From NCBI GenBank assembly GCA_029953675.1, contig JAMWBK010000001.1, forward strand, positions 2,418,001 to 2,482,000: a stretch of DNA of 64,000 bases, in the 5' to 3' direction. The translations under genes were made by a program, and so were the position numbers. Position 1 is the stretch's first letter. Every line of letters starts with the position of its first letter. The notes beneath the pieces were generated by a model that searched no databases, was not told the origin of the DNA, and saw only the letters and a list, made by a program, of their open reading frames with translations. Source of the stretch: Rhodosorus marinus CCMP1338. Lineage: Eukaryota > Plantae > Rhodophyta. Positions 1 to 11,045 of the stretch are shown here, in pieces.

Positions 1-93
1 CACCGCGGGAACCAAGGTTCCTGACAGAATCGAGGCTAGACCTTGCTATTTGAGATTGCCGGGAGATAAAGGAGTTGGGGCAAGATTTGGGGG

Positions 94-459
94 CAGCAGG
101 ATTATCAATCCCAATATTGCTCCTGACCAGATGGCATTTGTGTGGGTGACTATGGACTTTGGTGTTCGGTTCATCCTCGATGGTATTGACGCAATGAGAG
201 AGAGTCAGCTTGAAAACCGTGCTTGGACTTTCCCAAAAAAATTGAACTAGTTCTCAACTGACTGCTCTAAGACTAGCAGCAGGATGATCAATCCCAATAT
301 TGCTCCTGACCAGATGGCATTTGTGTGGGTGACTATGGATTATGGTGTTCGGTTCATCCTCGATGGTAATGACGCAATGAGAGAGAGCAAGCTTGAAAAC
401 TGTGCTTGGACTTTCACAAAAAAATTGAACTAGTTTTCAACTGACTGCTCGAAGACTAG
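94..459. repeat. Two-copy tandem repeat, 183-bp unit
   Basis: cagcagg(a/t)..tcaatcccaatattgctcc starts at 94 and again at 277. The units are near-identical through to gactag. Confidence 0.9.
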
Positions 460-475
460 CTACCGTCCCCGCTAT

Positions 476-762
476 GCGAGGGTTTTGTCTTCCCCAGGCA
501 TTCTTGCTTCGGCTCACGGTCATCGCCAGGTCATTGAGTGCTTTGGGTTTATGGATTGCGTTGGTTCTCGTTGGCTTCGGGAGTTGTTCCGGGAACGCCC
601 TGACCGTCTCTCGTCGTTTACCCGTTTCGGTATCTTGCTGTGGCGCATGAACAACTGCTTTGATGTTGGAGGCGCGCGATCTTCGCCGCGCATAGGTTTT
701 TGGTTTTTATTTCCTCTCGTGGATTTTCTTTCTTTCAGTCTCCGATTAAGCAAATTCATTCA
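476..762 (+). mobile_element. Family A RLE non-LTR retrotransposon, 5'-truncated 3' end (diverged)
   Basis: Encodes VIECFGFMDCVGSRWLRELFRERPDRL, matching the C-terminus of the 51692-54070 ORF. Has the same T-rich 3' UTR ending aaattcattca. Confidence 0.9.
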
Positions 763-1776
763 GACTATCCCATCTAGAGCTGTTAGTTTCAAGCCATTCC
801 GACTCCCGCTCTCCTAACCTTTTCCAGGGTCGCATAGTCCAAAAATGCTCCGCTATCAAACAAAAAACTCCACCTCGAATGTCCTTACAATTTCGTTTGC
901 TCAGAGACCCAATTCCAAAACACCTCCAAAACAAAAGAGGAAAACTCAAAACTACCACAAAGTCCCAAATCCGAAAAAAAGGTAATATGGGCCATGGTTC
1001 CGAACTAGAAACCTATTTTGCAAAACAAATTTCCTGCCTTAGAAATCCAATTTTAAGGTTTTTTTTTGTTCCTGTTCTCTCTCTCGAACGAATGGTCTCT
1101 CTCTCAGCGCACGACAATTCTCATTTGCTCGCTGAGGGCAAGTACGTACAAATTTTCGACCCTCAATTTGTTCGTTAAAAAATTTGATGTTCGGCATTGT
1201 CTGACATGCAACGGAGTAGAGCAAGAGGGAAATCTTGTTGGTAGAGGTCTCTCTGAACAGATTCATTCATTCTGGACCCCACCAGGAAAGAGTTGGCTTG
1301 TCTAGCCAGTAGAGTATGCGGAGCTACACGACAAAAACAGTGCCCTGATTTTTGCCAGGGCAATCTCCAATTTATTGAAGTAGGTGAGACAATGTTAAAA
1401 AGTGACTAGTTGAATACAAAGACAGACATGAACACATTCCAATAGATCGCATTGAACGAATCAGAGATTTCTTGGAATAGGATGTCCGAGCTTTTTTAGC
1501 GAAATCAAGCAGTTGCTCTCTCTGTTACATAGAACAAGTCTATCTTGGCGGTGGATGATGATGATAGGGTTTGGAGAAGAGGGACGATGAGGAAGCGTGT
1601 GAGGGTCTTTGGGAAGGGGGCCAAGAGACAACCCTGCCTTGAGGAGCGAGGTTATAGTCCTTGGAACCCTTTTGGTAAAGGAGGATTTTTGGTGATTTGA
1701 TATTGGATCCGATAGAGGTCCGTCTGAGGGTGTTATTTGTTGGCTGCTGGAGGGCTTTTGGGAGGATATTTGAACG

Positions 1777-4700
1777 ATGAGGTTTGTGTTTAGTGCTTTG
1801 ACGTTGACGGTGGTGGTCGTCACCTTGGTTGCTGGAGTGGTTATTGATCGTGAGAATATAGTCCACGAGCTCGTTGTCGAGGGAAGGTTCCAATCTCCTC
1901 TAGATTTCGATTGGATTCCTGGAGATGTAGAAAGAATTCTTATCTGCGAAAAGCGCGGAATTATTCACCTTGTAATAGATGGACAGGTCCAGTCTAAACC
2001 TTTCTTGGACATACGTGATCAGGTGATCTCAACTGGCTCTCGTGGCATCACGGGCTGTTTGATCGACGTGGACTTCGAGGACAATCCTTTCCTTTATGTA
2101 TCGTACGTTGACAACCGTGCACGAACTGCGAATCCCAATGCACCCAAGACTGGAGTCGTGGCCAGGTTTTCAGTTTCTGAGGATTTGACTGAAGCCACTA
2201 ACGAGGTTATCATCCTCGGAAAAGATACCGTAAGACAGACGGGATGTGGTGGAGACATTGCAATCGGGGGCCAGGACATAATCTGCAACGACGCGAACAT
2301 GCATAATAACGGAGGCCTGGCGATGGATCCTGCCTCTGGGAATATCTTTGCCGCGTTTGGAGATGGGGCGGACCCACCAACCTTTGATGAGCTTCCGATT
2401 CGAGCACTGCAGCTAGATTTTACTGCTGGAAAAATCCTATGCATTCGACGATCCGGGCGGGCTTGCCTGGGCAATCCTTTCTCACAAGGCGCTGACCGAG
2501 AGTCCAACCGTGCTAAGGTCTGGAACTGGGGTCTCCGGAACCCGTTCCGGATTGCCTGGGACGAGGTCTTCAAGGTTCCGTTGATTGCAAACGTGGGTTT
2601 TGCTTCGTGGGAGAGCATTTTCCTCGGCAACAAGGGTGAAAGCTTTGGATGGCCATGCCGGGAAGGTCCGCAGACCAATTTGAGAGCAATCGACTACACT
2701 GAGTGCAAGGACATAGAGCGAGGAAGACTTGACGCTAACGGGGTTTCACTGTGGGATTACGACCACGATTTCGGAACGTCAGTGACGGGAGTCGCGAGAC
2801 TGTCCTCATCAAAGTGGCCGTCAGCTTTGAGGAATCTGATCGCTGTTTGCGATTATACACGGAGCTGGATTAAATTGATCGAAGTCAGAAGGAGCGGAAT
2901 TGTCGGGAATCCCGCAGATATGCTGTCAGAAGTTCAGGGACCGGTGCAGTTGAAGCAAGGGCCGGATGGATGGCTCTACTACATGTCGATCATTGCTCAA
3001 AAGTTGTATAGAGTGCGGTACGAAGTCGACACGAGCAGACCGGAGGTAGTGAGCGTGTTTCCCCCAGAGGATGCGGACAATGTGGAAACTTCAGCAGCGA
3101 TCGAAGTGAGATTCTCGAAGAGGGTTCGTGCTTCAACGGCGAGCTCGGAGAATATCAAGATCACTCAGCTTTCCGATAATGCTGTCGTGGATGCAAGCAT
3201 TGAGGTCAAACCGGCGACGAACAGTGTCGTGGTGGAGCCGGTGGGAGGCCTGCGGCAGAATCGTCGGTATAGGGTGACAGTTGCGGATGTTGAGGACACT
3301 CAACGAAGGAAGCTTCGGGGGAATTTCTCTTCAGAGTTTAGGACCGGCGCTGGTTTCTCTGTCTACGTATCTGACCTTGACTTCTTGAAGGAGGAAAACG
3401 GTGGTAGCTTCCCCGTGCTACGTGATGAACACCAGTACCAAAGAGCGCAGGATGTAACACCTATGCTGTCTATCCGGGGCACAGTTCACGAAAAGGGACT
3501 TGGAGTGCAGGCCTTCTCCGAGGTTGAGGTGAACCTTCCACAGGGCTGTACTCGGTTTCAATCGTACGTTGGAGTTGACGACTTCAGAAGGAACTTCGAC
3601 ACGGGGGAGATGTTCTTTGAAGTTCGCAAGGACAACGAGAGAGTATATCGGAACGCAAATTTCGTTACGAAGACGTCACCTGCGTTGTACGTTGACGTCG
3701 ATGTTTCCGGGGTGAAAACAGTGACGCTCATTGCGGAAAAGACGCGCAGCAGTGGTACAAGTGCTGCTGTTGGTACGTGGGGTTCAGCAGTCTTTCGGTG
3801 TGGGGATTATGATAGGAGATCTCCAACGATCGAGAGCATATCCCCTACGACACGACTTGGCGTCGATCAATCAATTGTTGTTAAATTCAGAGAGCCAATG
3901 GATCTGATTTCAACTATTGACGCAACTGAACTGTTTGAGCCGATCGGGCCTGGGGGTTACGACCTAGGGATCTTCGTCACGTTCAATGAACAGCAAGACG
4001 AGATGACAGTAAAACCGCTGGATCCACTAAAGTATGACACAGAATATGTTCTACGGATCAAGAACACGGCCATGGACCTGGCGTCGAACCGCTTGACGAC
4101 GACGTACGAGAGGACTTTCCTTACGGGGATTCGGATGTCGGATGGTTTTACCATAGCACTGGAGGAACTTTCACCTCTAGAGGTATCACCGGCGAGCAAC
4201 TTCGAGGTGTCGAGAGGAGGCGGGGGTGGTGGCGGAAGCTCCTCCATGCAGACATTTGCGAAGGGTATTGCCATGGTTTCGTGGTCTCTTGCCGATATCG
4301 AAATCCCGTCCGAGTGCGAGGGTGTCAAATTCACCGCGGGTAAGGAAGGCGCCCGGAGCGATGGACGAGTTCTGAATCTGAGGGTTTTCGCTCCCAGGAG
4401 GATCGGTGGAACCCCGAGACTCCTGTTCTCGGAAAACTTCAGTGACGACAGTGTTGCGGTGAACGCAGAGTTCACTCTTCCCAAATTCAATTTGCTGCGA
4501 TTTGCTGCTCGTTCGCCGGAGGGAATATCGCACGGAAACTTCGTAAATATTGAAGTGACGTGTGGGGGCGAGACGATTTCTGTATCGGATCTGCAAGTTA
4601 CTTCTCAAAGGGGAAAAATGACGTCTATCGATAAACGCCTGAGTGGGAGGCCGCTGACTCTGAAAGTTGAGGGCACCAGGGCTCCAAAAATTTCCCTCAC

Positions 4701-5511
4701 TCCCCGAGTAGATGCAGAATATGTAGTGCCTGGCATCTGTGGCGATATAGCTATGGACGTTGCGGTTAAGGAAGGGGGCGAAAACATCTTGGTTTCACTC
4801 CGTGACGGGAACGGAGGACTAATTTGCAGCACCAGGTCTCTCGACTCTGGCGAGGATCAAAAACTTGCATGCAGCCTGCACGGGAAAACGAGGTTTTCAA
4901 TCCGAGCCAACGGGAGCGGAGGGGTTGCTGAGTTGTCCAACACCGGCATCGGGTGCGGCGGAGACTCCAAGGCACCTGTCTGTGATTTCGACGATATGCC
5001 GAGTACGTTTAGAATCGGTGACGTTTTAGAGTACGGCGCGGAGTGTCTTAACCGCGACGGAGAGAGAATCCCTAAAAGTCGGATGAGATGGAGGGTGCTG
5101 CTGATACATTGCCAGCCGCTTTGTCACGAACACGTAGAGGAAGATGTTACAGGGGAGCGGCGGGGTTCGTATACGCCACCAGATCATGGCGATTACTATT
5201 TTATGGTGTTCGAGGTGCTTGTCGAAGATGGAGATGAAGTGTTCAGATTCAGTCGAGAGGTGAAGCCCGAAACTGTAGAGGTGACCGTGACGACTATGCC
5301 CTCGGGATTGACGGTTGGCGTCGATTCACTGCAAGGACCGTCTCCGCTAACATCTCTGATGCTGGTGGGGGCCAAGTTCGCAGTCAGCGCTGTTCCAGAT
5401 GAGAATGGTAATGAGTTCGACTTTTGGGATGACAACAAAGACTTGGGTGCAAGCAGAGACCTCACCTTCAATACTCCTGGACAGAGAACGTACAACGCTG
5501 TGTACAAGTAG
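1777..5511 (+). CDS. Secreted modular glucose/sorbosone dehydrogenase-like (PQQ-type beta-propeller) protein with Ig-like (Big_5/SbsA-type) and NPCBM-like domains; intronless
   Basis: 1244-aa ORF with an N-terminal hydrophobic signal and GSDH motifs HNNGGLAMDP, GLRNPFR and QGPVQLKQGPDGWLYY. Ig-like repeats PEVVSVFP..RFSK and PTIESISP..FREPMD. NPCBM-like GTVHEKGLGVQA..RFQSYVGVDD. C-terminal LIHCQPLCHEH..PDH motif. Confidence 0.85.
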   Translation: MRFVFSALTLTVVVVTLVAGVVIDRENIVHELVVEGRFQSPLDFDWIPGDVERILICEKRGIIHLVIDGQVQSKPFLDIRDQVISTGSRGITGCLIDVDFEDNPFLYVSYVDNRARTANPNAPKTGVVARFSVSEDLTEATNEVIILGKDTVRQTGCGGDIAIGGQDIICNDANMHNNGGLAMDPASGNIFAAFGDGADPPTFDELPIRALQLDFTAGKILCIRRSGRACLGNPFSQGADRESNRAKVWNWGLRNPFRIAWDEVFKVPLIANVGFASWESIFLGNKGESFGWPCREGPQTNLRAIDYTECKDIERGRLDANGVSLWDYDHDFGTSVTGVARLSSSKWPSALRNLIAVCDYTRSWIKLIEVRRSGIVGNPADMLSEVQGPVQLKQGPDGWLYYMSIIAQKLYRVRYEVDTSRPEVVSVFPPEDADNVETSAAIEVRFSKRVRASTASSENIKITQLSDNAVVDASIEVKPATNSVVVEPVGGLRQNRRYRVTVADVEDTQRRKLRGNFSSEFRTGAGFSVYVSDLDFLKEENGGSFPVLRDEHQYQRAQDVTPMLSIRGTVHEKGLGVQAFSEVEVNLPQGCTRFQSYVGVDDFRRNFDTGEMFFEVRKDNERVYRNANFVTKTSPALYVDVDVSGVKTVTLIAEKTRSSGTSAAVGTWGSAVFRCGDYDRRSPTIESISPTTRLGVDQSIVVKFREPMDLISTIDATELFEPIGPGGYDLGIFVTFNEQQDEMTVKPLDPLKYDTEYVLRIKNTAMDLASNRLTTTYERTFLTGIRMSDGFTIALEELSPLEVSPASNFEVSRGGGGGGGSSSMQTFAKGIAMVSWSLADIEIPSECEGVKFTAGKEGARSDGRVLNLRVFAPRRIGGTPRLLFSENFSDDSVAVNAEFTLPKFNLLRFAARSPEGISHGNFVNIEVTCGGETISVSDLQVTSQRGKMTSIDKRLSGRPLTLKVEGTRAPKISLTPRVDAEYVVPGICGDIAMDVAVKEGGENILVSLRDGNGGLICSTRSLDSGEDQKLACSLHGKTRFSIRANGSGGVAELSNTGIGCGGDSKAPVCDFDDMPSTFRIGDVLEYGAECLNRDGERIPKSRMRWRVLLIHCQPLCHEHVEEDVTGERRGSYTPPDHGDYYFMVFEVLVEDGDEVFRFSREVKPETVEVTVTTMPSGLTVGVDSLQGPSPLTSLMLVGAKFAVSAVPDENGNEFDFWDDNKDLGASRDLTFNTPGQRTYNAVYK

Positions 5512-5721
5512 GAATGCTGACGCCGCGAGTAGCGTCAAACTATTCGAGCACGTGTTTCATCTTACTGATTGCGAAGGAGCATTGAATTTTTGTTGTACTT
5601 GCTTTGTAATTGTTCTTTCCCTGACCCAGAACCCCGTTTTTCTATTCACTATCTCGGAATAAACCAAACGTCTTCGGCTATTCGAGCTGCCTATATACGC
5701 ACTACACCTACGCTAATTTCC

Positions 5722-6060
5722 CCGTGGATTTGCCGCTGCCAATATGAGACGTCGCAAGGAGTTGAAATTTGCAGGGGCCTTGTCTCCCCCAGGCATTCGT
5801 GCTTCGGATCTAGGTCATCGCCTGGTACCTCTGGTCATTGAGTGCTTCAGGTTTATAGATTCCGTTGGTTCTCGTTGGCTTCGGGAATTGGGCAGCGAAC
5901 GCCCTGACTGTCTGTCCTCGTTGTTTACCTGTTTAAGTTTCTTCCTGTGGCGTATGAACGCTGCTTTGGTGTTGGAGGCGCGCGATCTTAGCCTTGCTCA
6001 GTCTTTTTTTTTCCCTCTGCGTTTTTTTCTTTCAGCCCCCGATTAAGCAAATTCATTCAT
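5722..6060 (+). mobile_element. Family A 5'-truncated 3' end
   Basis: MRRRKELKFAGALSPPGIRAS..LVPLVIECF..MNAALVLEAR, plus the family A 3' UTR and attcattca tail. Confidence 0.9.
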
Positions 6061-6184
6061 TTGCTACCTCCGACTACTCGTGTTCATTCTCCGTCCAAAT
6101 CTAGCCACGATGTCGTAAGCCTAAGTTGGCACTCAGGCAAGCAAGCTTCATCGTATTAGAGCCATCTTATACTGAATGATCTTA

Positions 6185-6808
6185 TAGTAGTGCCGGCTCC
6201 CGGATGAGACTCGAAGGTGGTAATGTGCTTTGGACCGTCCGCGATTGTATGTGGTACCCGTCAGGGTGGAGGCCCACAAGCCTTTGGGGCCCAGTAACCC
6301 TTCGGAGGCGGATTCCCCCCGCAGTCGTGAGTAAGTAGTGCCGGAAATGGCTAGTCAGACATGGTGATCAGCGGGAAGAAGCGGGTGCTCCCCGGGGCTA
6401 CAGCCCCCCTGACCAACATTCCGACAGAAAGCCTGAGAGGACAACCCACGGAAGGAGCTAGATACGCGACAGGGCAGTAGGCTCGAGGCATCTCTGCCGG
6501 TTTCCTCAGCACAAAATGAGAAAAGTGTGCAAGCAGCGGTGGTCGCGGGCCTCGGCGTGCTTCGGCGCTAGCTCATCGCCTGGTACCTATGGTCATTGAC
6601 TGCTTTGGGTGGATTCCGCTGGTTTTCGTTGGCTTCGGGAGTTGTCCCGCGAACGAGCTGACCGCCTCTCCTCTTTGTTTACCAGGTTAGGTTTCTTACT
6701 GTCACGTATTAAAGCTGCTTTGAGGTTGGAGGCGAACGATCTTCGCCGCGCATAGTCTTTTTCCCTCGGGGTTTTTCTTTCAGTCCCCGATTAAACAAAT
6801 TCATTCAA
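6185..6808 (+). mobile_element. Composite: ~370-nt GC-rich hairpin-rich leader fused to a family A 3' end (candidate non-autonomous element)
   Basis: 6555-6808 matches the family A 3' end. 6185-6550 has no match elsewhere in the window and contains several stem-loops. Confidence 0.55.
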
Positions 6809-6890
6809 TGACCCCACTTCGGGTCTACAGTATACGATCTATACACCGGATATACTATCCTCGCGAATTGCGGCATCGCCGCTACGTGCC

Positions 6891-7262
6891 AACGAACGAA
6901 TGGTTTAATCGGAGGCTGAAAAAAAAAACCCCGAGGGGAAAAAAAGACTAAGCGCGGCGAAGTACTCGCGCCTCCAACATCAAAGCGGCATTCATGCGCC
7001 ACAGCAGGAAACTTAAGCGGGTAAACAACGATTGAAGACGGTCAGGGCGTTCGCGGAACAACTCCCGAAGCCAGCGAGAACCAACAGAGTCCATGAACCC
7101 AAAGCACTCAATGATCAGGAGTACCAAGCGATGTGCTAGTGCCGAAGCACGGACACCAGGGGAAGACAAAGCCCCCGCGTATTTGATCTCTTTGCGGCGT
7201 CTCATGCTGGCGGCGGCAGATCCACGGCGCTCCCCCGCAGCCGGGAGATAACGACTAGCTTG
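6891..7262 (-). mobile_element. Family A 5'-truncated 3' end (young, near-identical to the long copy)
   Basis: Almost identical to 51640-52005. Encodes ASRYLPAAGERRGSAAASMRRRKEIKY...LEARVLRRA. Confidence 0.95.
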
Positions 7263-7299
7263 ACAAAGGGTAGTATGGACGTTGTTAATCACATCCAAC

Positions 7300-7790
7300 C
7301 GTCCTTCATGCAGCGCCCCAGGTCACGCGTCGCCCATCCATGTCCTTAATTAGCGCCTCCGTTGCCTCGTCTTCCTTGACGTTCCCCACCTCCGTTCATA
7401 GTAGGGCCTCTTCCGACTTTTCTTTTCTACGCCTGCGGGTATTCGTCTTATCCGGATATACTCCTCCAGTTGGTCGGTCGACACCAATTGAACTGCGGCG
7501 GTCTCCTGCTCCGCCCGCGACAAAGCGTCTGCGACCACATTCGTCTTACCTGGAATGTGTCGTATCTCATACTCGAACTCGGCAAGTTTCGCGAGGGACC
7601 GCGTCACCCTTCGCGATGGCTGAGCCACATCTTTGAAGTATGTTACTGCGGTATTATCGGTGAAGACCACCGTCTTCAATCCCTCCAGGTAATGGCACCA
7701 TGTCTTGAAGCAGTCTACTACTGCTAGCATCTCCTTGCCTAGGATCCCAACAATCCTGCCGGTCCTTCCAACTATGCCAAACGGCGCAAT
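7300..7790 (-). mobile_element. Ty3/gypsy LTR retrotransposon pol relic (RNase H region)
   Basis: KEMLAVVDCFKTWCHYLEG..VFTDNTAVTYF..EFEYEIRHIPGKTNVVADALSR is the typical Ty3/gypsy RNase H-like C-terminus. Confidence 0.85.
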
Positions 7791-8742
7791 ATCATCACCG
7801 TCCAACAGGTTTAGGAGCGAGAGAAGGCGAGCCACAACAGGGTATTGGACATAGGTTCCACTAACCAGGTCTGACCTTTCCCAACTACGACAAGGGCGCT
7901 AACTCATTACCCTCCAGCAGAGTAGTATTCTAGGGTCATTCGGTCATTGGATATAGGCAAAAAAAGCTTAAAACAAGGTGTAAAGTGCAAAGTTCTCGAG
8001 AGTGTACCACGTAAACTTGTGGAGTCCTGCCTCCCTTGATTGAAACTCAAACGGGTAAAGAGCGAGGAGAGCCGGTCGGATGCTCTCATAACGCTTCGCG
8101 CAGCCAATGGGAATCAACGGAATCCAGAAATGACAAAAAAGGTACCAGGCGATCAGCCGAAGCCTGAAGCGAGAATTCCCGAGGTAGAAACCCCCTCCCG
8201 CCCCGTATTGCGCTGCTTTGTGACGGCGCCTAGTGGGAGCAGCAGCTCCTCGGCGCGCCCCGGCCGGCCCAGCGTGCGCCCACAATTTTTTTCTATCCCA
8301 CACGAAATAGAGCCGGTCCGCGGGGCATAATCCAACACTGGCTGCGGGTTCGCTGGGGAGGATGACAAAATTCTTCCCGTAAACACGGTGGGTTTGAATC
8401 CAACTCTATCTAAATCTAACACCAGACGTTTCGGATATTTCCAAACACTGGCGTTCACTACAGACGATCGGTTCATAGTAGCTTTTAGAGATGGTTGTTC
8501 TAAATCACAACTTCTCAAAAGGGTACCGTGCAGCGAAGTGTGAGGGGAGAGAGATAGAGATAACAGGAGCGTTAAAGAGAATGAAGTCATTCCCATTATA
8601 AATTTCACACGACTCTCAAAAGAAATAATGATCTGGTTCTCCATACATGCCAAAACATCCAGTTCTTGTCTTCACTGAAAATTGGTCAGCACTGCATGGC
8701 TTCCCGACAGAATCATTTCTGCGTTGCGGGCTCAAATCCACC

Positions 8743-9834
8743 TTAAGAGATCGAGAGGCACTCCCGGCAGGCGATAGCGACGCCGCTGCTGTCGGCTGGC
8801 AGGTCTAGGGCATAGGATGTCTGAGTCCCCTGTCTAGGACATCCTAGATCATCGAAGGTGAACCTTGTCATCGAAGTGCTGGACCTGATGAACAGGTAGT
8901 GATCGGTGACGATGGGCTGACTGGCCGGGGACATTTCGATTCGCACGTCGGCGCAGGATTTCTCGGCCGGGTACACGGTCTGGTCGAAGTTTCTTACCCT
9001 TCCAGCATTGAGGCCTGACTTCTGGATGTACATGAAGAGACTCTTCAGGTCGGGCGTCATGGTCATCTGGAGAAATTCAAACCCTTGGGGGTTAACCCTA
9101 TCAATTTCCTCGAGAGTTTTCGGGTTCAACTGGCTGAGGTACGATGCACCGTTGCCCGACGACGTCAGGAACAGTTCACTGCTTCCGGCGATCTGGAGGT
9201 GAGACGACTGTCCACGAACGATGGACCAGTTCACTACGGCCAAAGTAGTCCGGCTGAACTGGACCAGCAACCCCTCGCTCTTGTCGTCATCACTCTGCGG
9301 CTTGGTCGTGAACGTGACGTAGATGTAATTGGCCGAAAGCGCAACATCCACGACAGTCTCGACACTAATGCCCGAGATCTCGGGTAGAATAAATATCCCG
9401 GTAATCTCCAGGGTCTCAGGATCAACCACCAAGGCCGTTTCCGAGCACGCCAACGCCAGCGCCAGCTGGTCGCTGTAGTCGTAGCTCGCTGTCAACGCGA
9501 GCGGCTGTATACACAAAGAGGCGAAGGTCTCATACTTCACAAACTCAAGCGTGTTCGTTGTCGGCAGAATTTCGTACTGTAGAATAATACTCTGGAGGTT
9601 CCACACAGCTGTCACGTACACATATTCCCCTAGGGAAACGAGCTGCAACAGCTTTATGCCTCGAAATTGAAGTCTCTCAACCAGAATAGTCTGGACCTCC
9701 TCCAACGTTTCCGAGTCATTGAGCTGGATCTGGTGCTGAGCAACACCAGTGATAGCCACCACATTCGTACCCAAGGCAATGCTCACATAGAGTGCCCCCA
9801 CCAAAACGCATCCGAATAGTGCCGCTTTCGCCAT
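8743..9834 (-). CDS. Secreted hypothetical protein, probably beta-rich (beta-propeller-like); intronless
   Basis: 363-aa ATG-initiated ORF with a signal-peptide-like N-terminus (MAKAALFGCVLVGALYVSIALG) and alternating short hydrophobic strands. Confidence 0.65.
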   Translation of the reverse strand: MAKAALFGCVLVGALYVSIALGTNVVAITGVAQHQIQLNDSETLEEVQTILVERLQFRGIKLLQLVSLGEYVYVTAVWNLQSIILQYEILPTTNTLEFVKYETFASLCIQPLALTASYDYSDQLALALACSETALVVDPETLEITGIFILPEISGISVETVVDVALSANYIYVTFTTKPQSDDDKSEGLLVQFSRTTLAVVNWSIVRGQSSHLQIAGSSELFLTSSGNGASYLSQLNPKTLEEIDRVNPQGFEFLQMTMTPDLKSLFMYIQKSGLNAGRVRNFDQTVYPAEKSCADVRIEMSPASQPIVTDHYLFIRSSTSMTRFTFDDLGCPRQGTQTSYALDLPADSSGVAIACRECLSIS

Positions 9835-10027
9835 TTTCTGGTCCCTTGCTTTCGTTTCTCTCGTCTTCTTGCTAAGTTTTGAATCATAATCACCTACAGC
9901 TCAGCGAAGCCCAGTTCAAAGCTTCTTATAGGGTAGGGATCTGATTGAGATACCACTCGGGTTGCCTCCGATCTTTGAGTCGGTGCGACGCAAAACGTGA
10001 GAGAAAACCCGTTCAATCCTGTTAAGA

Positions 10028-10131
10028 TGAATGTGTTTATTCGGGGACTGAAAAAAAAAAACCGAGGGGCAAAAAGAACAGCTAAAAGCGAAGATGAACC
10101 GCCACCAACGTCAAAGCAGCGTTCATATGCA
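10028..10131 (-). mobile_element. Family A ultra-short 3' copy (~105 bp)
   Basis: Reverse complement reads gcatatgaacgctgctttgacgttgg...cctcggttttt..cagtccccgaataaacacattcatc. Confidence 0.8.
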
Positions 10132-10816
10132 ACTGGTTGCACTTAAGAGAGCGTGATTCAATGTCTATTTTGAGACTTGCGTTCCTTCGCATATTAGACA
10201 GCGAAAAAAAAAGGACAGAAATTATGTAGTCAGCTCTCTTTCAAAACAAACTCTTGGCCGTTCCATTTGATGCTATGGGCTCCTGCGCGCCCACAGGATT
10301 GCTTGGATCTCCAATCCCCTCCCTTTACCGTTCAAGCGTTGTGGAAACAACAACGCAAGCCGGTTGAGCTTCGGAGACGCTCCGCAAGCCAAACAGTTCT
10401 GCCCTCATGGGTTTTATCTCTTATCATGCTTTCAGAACAGGATTCGCGTAAGTCGCGGTTAAGGCTTTTTGATAAAAACCAGAAGGATTTTTGTTGACGA
10501 GAGATTTGTTTCCAGCAAAGAGCTGTCCTGTTTCATGGGATAGCTTGGGTTTTACTGTGAAACGAAGCTTGGGTACACATGATCGTTCGCGTATTGGACT
10601 GCGAAAAAAAGTAGAAATTAAGTATTAAGCTCTATTTTCGAACAAACTCACTTCTGCAGAGTCTCAGCACGACCTGTAGCTATAGCCGTATCATACTATA
10701 GATTCTACGTGATACAGCAATGTCCTCAAAAAAATACCCCAGCGAAGCGTTCCTGCATGAGCTTTTCGATGGAAGGCTCCAAGCAGCAACTGCTATTTTA
10801 ACGGATATGCTATAAA

Positions 10817-10944
10817 TAGGGTTCCACGAAGTGGTTCGGGTCCTTCGCTGGTTACAACCCAGAAGCGGTTAAAACCGCGAAAACAGGGGTTTTAAAGGGG
10901 GAGGTCGTAAACATGGAAAACCTGACCCACTTCGCACAACACTA
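10817..10944. mobile_element. MITE family M (TAGGGTTG...CAACCCTA), diverged copy
   Basis: Imperfect ~45-bp terminal inverted repeats around the ccgcgaaaacagggg core shared with the other copies. Confidence 0.8.
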
Positions 10945-10948
10945 CGAC

Positions 10949-11045
10949 GAATGACTGAATTTGTTTATAATCGGACGCTGATAGAAAAAAAAACGCGAGG
11001 GAAAAAAAAAACTCAAGAGCAGCGAAGATCCTGCGGGCCTATAAA
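10949..11045 (-). mobile_element. Family A short degenerate 3' copy
   Basis: Reverse complement has gatcttcgctgc..ttttttttccctcgcg..tttt..tcag..cgattataaacaaattcag. Confidence 0.65.

Noticed and set aside
6200-6220. Minimal hammerhead ribozyme (cggatgagactcgaa)
   Set aside because: The core deviates at invariant positions (CGGAUGA rather than CUGAUGA; GAAG rather than GAAA), and no convincing stems I/III were found.
6219-6300. Twister or HDV-like ribozyme
   Set aside because: There is partial resemblance (taatg..ggcccacaagcc..agta), but I could not build the required P1 and pseudoknot pairings. Kept only as an unclassified structured candidate.
7968-8303. Zinc-ribbon membrane protein fragment (FWIPLIPIG)
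   Set aside because: Only a short motif resemblance; the expected CxxC pairs are absent.
10180-10655. LTR pair (degenerate ~80-bp direct repeats at ~10180 and ~10582)
   Set aside because: Too short and diverged, with no TG..CA ends, primer-binding site or polypurine tract visible.
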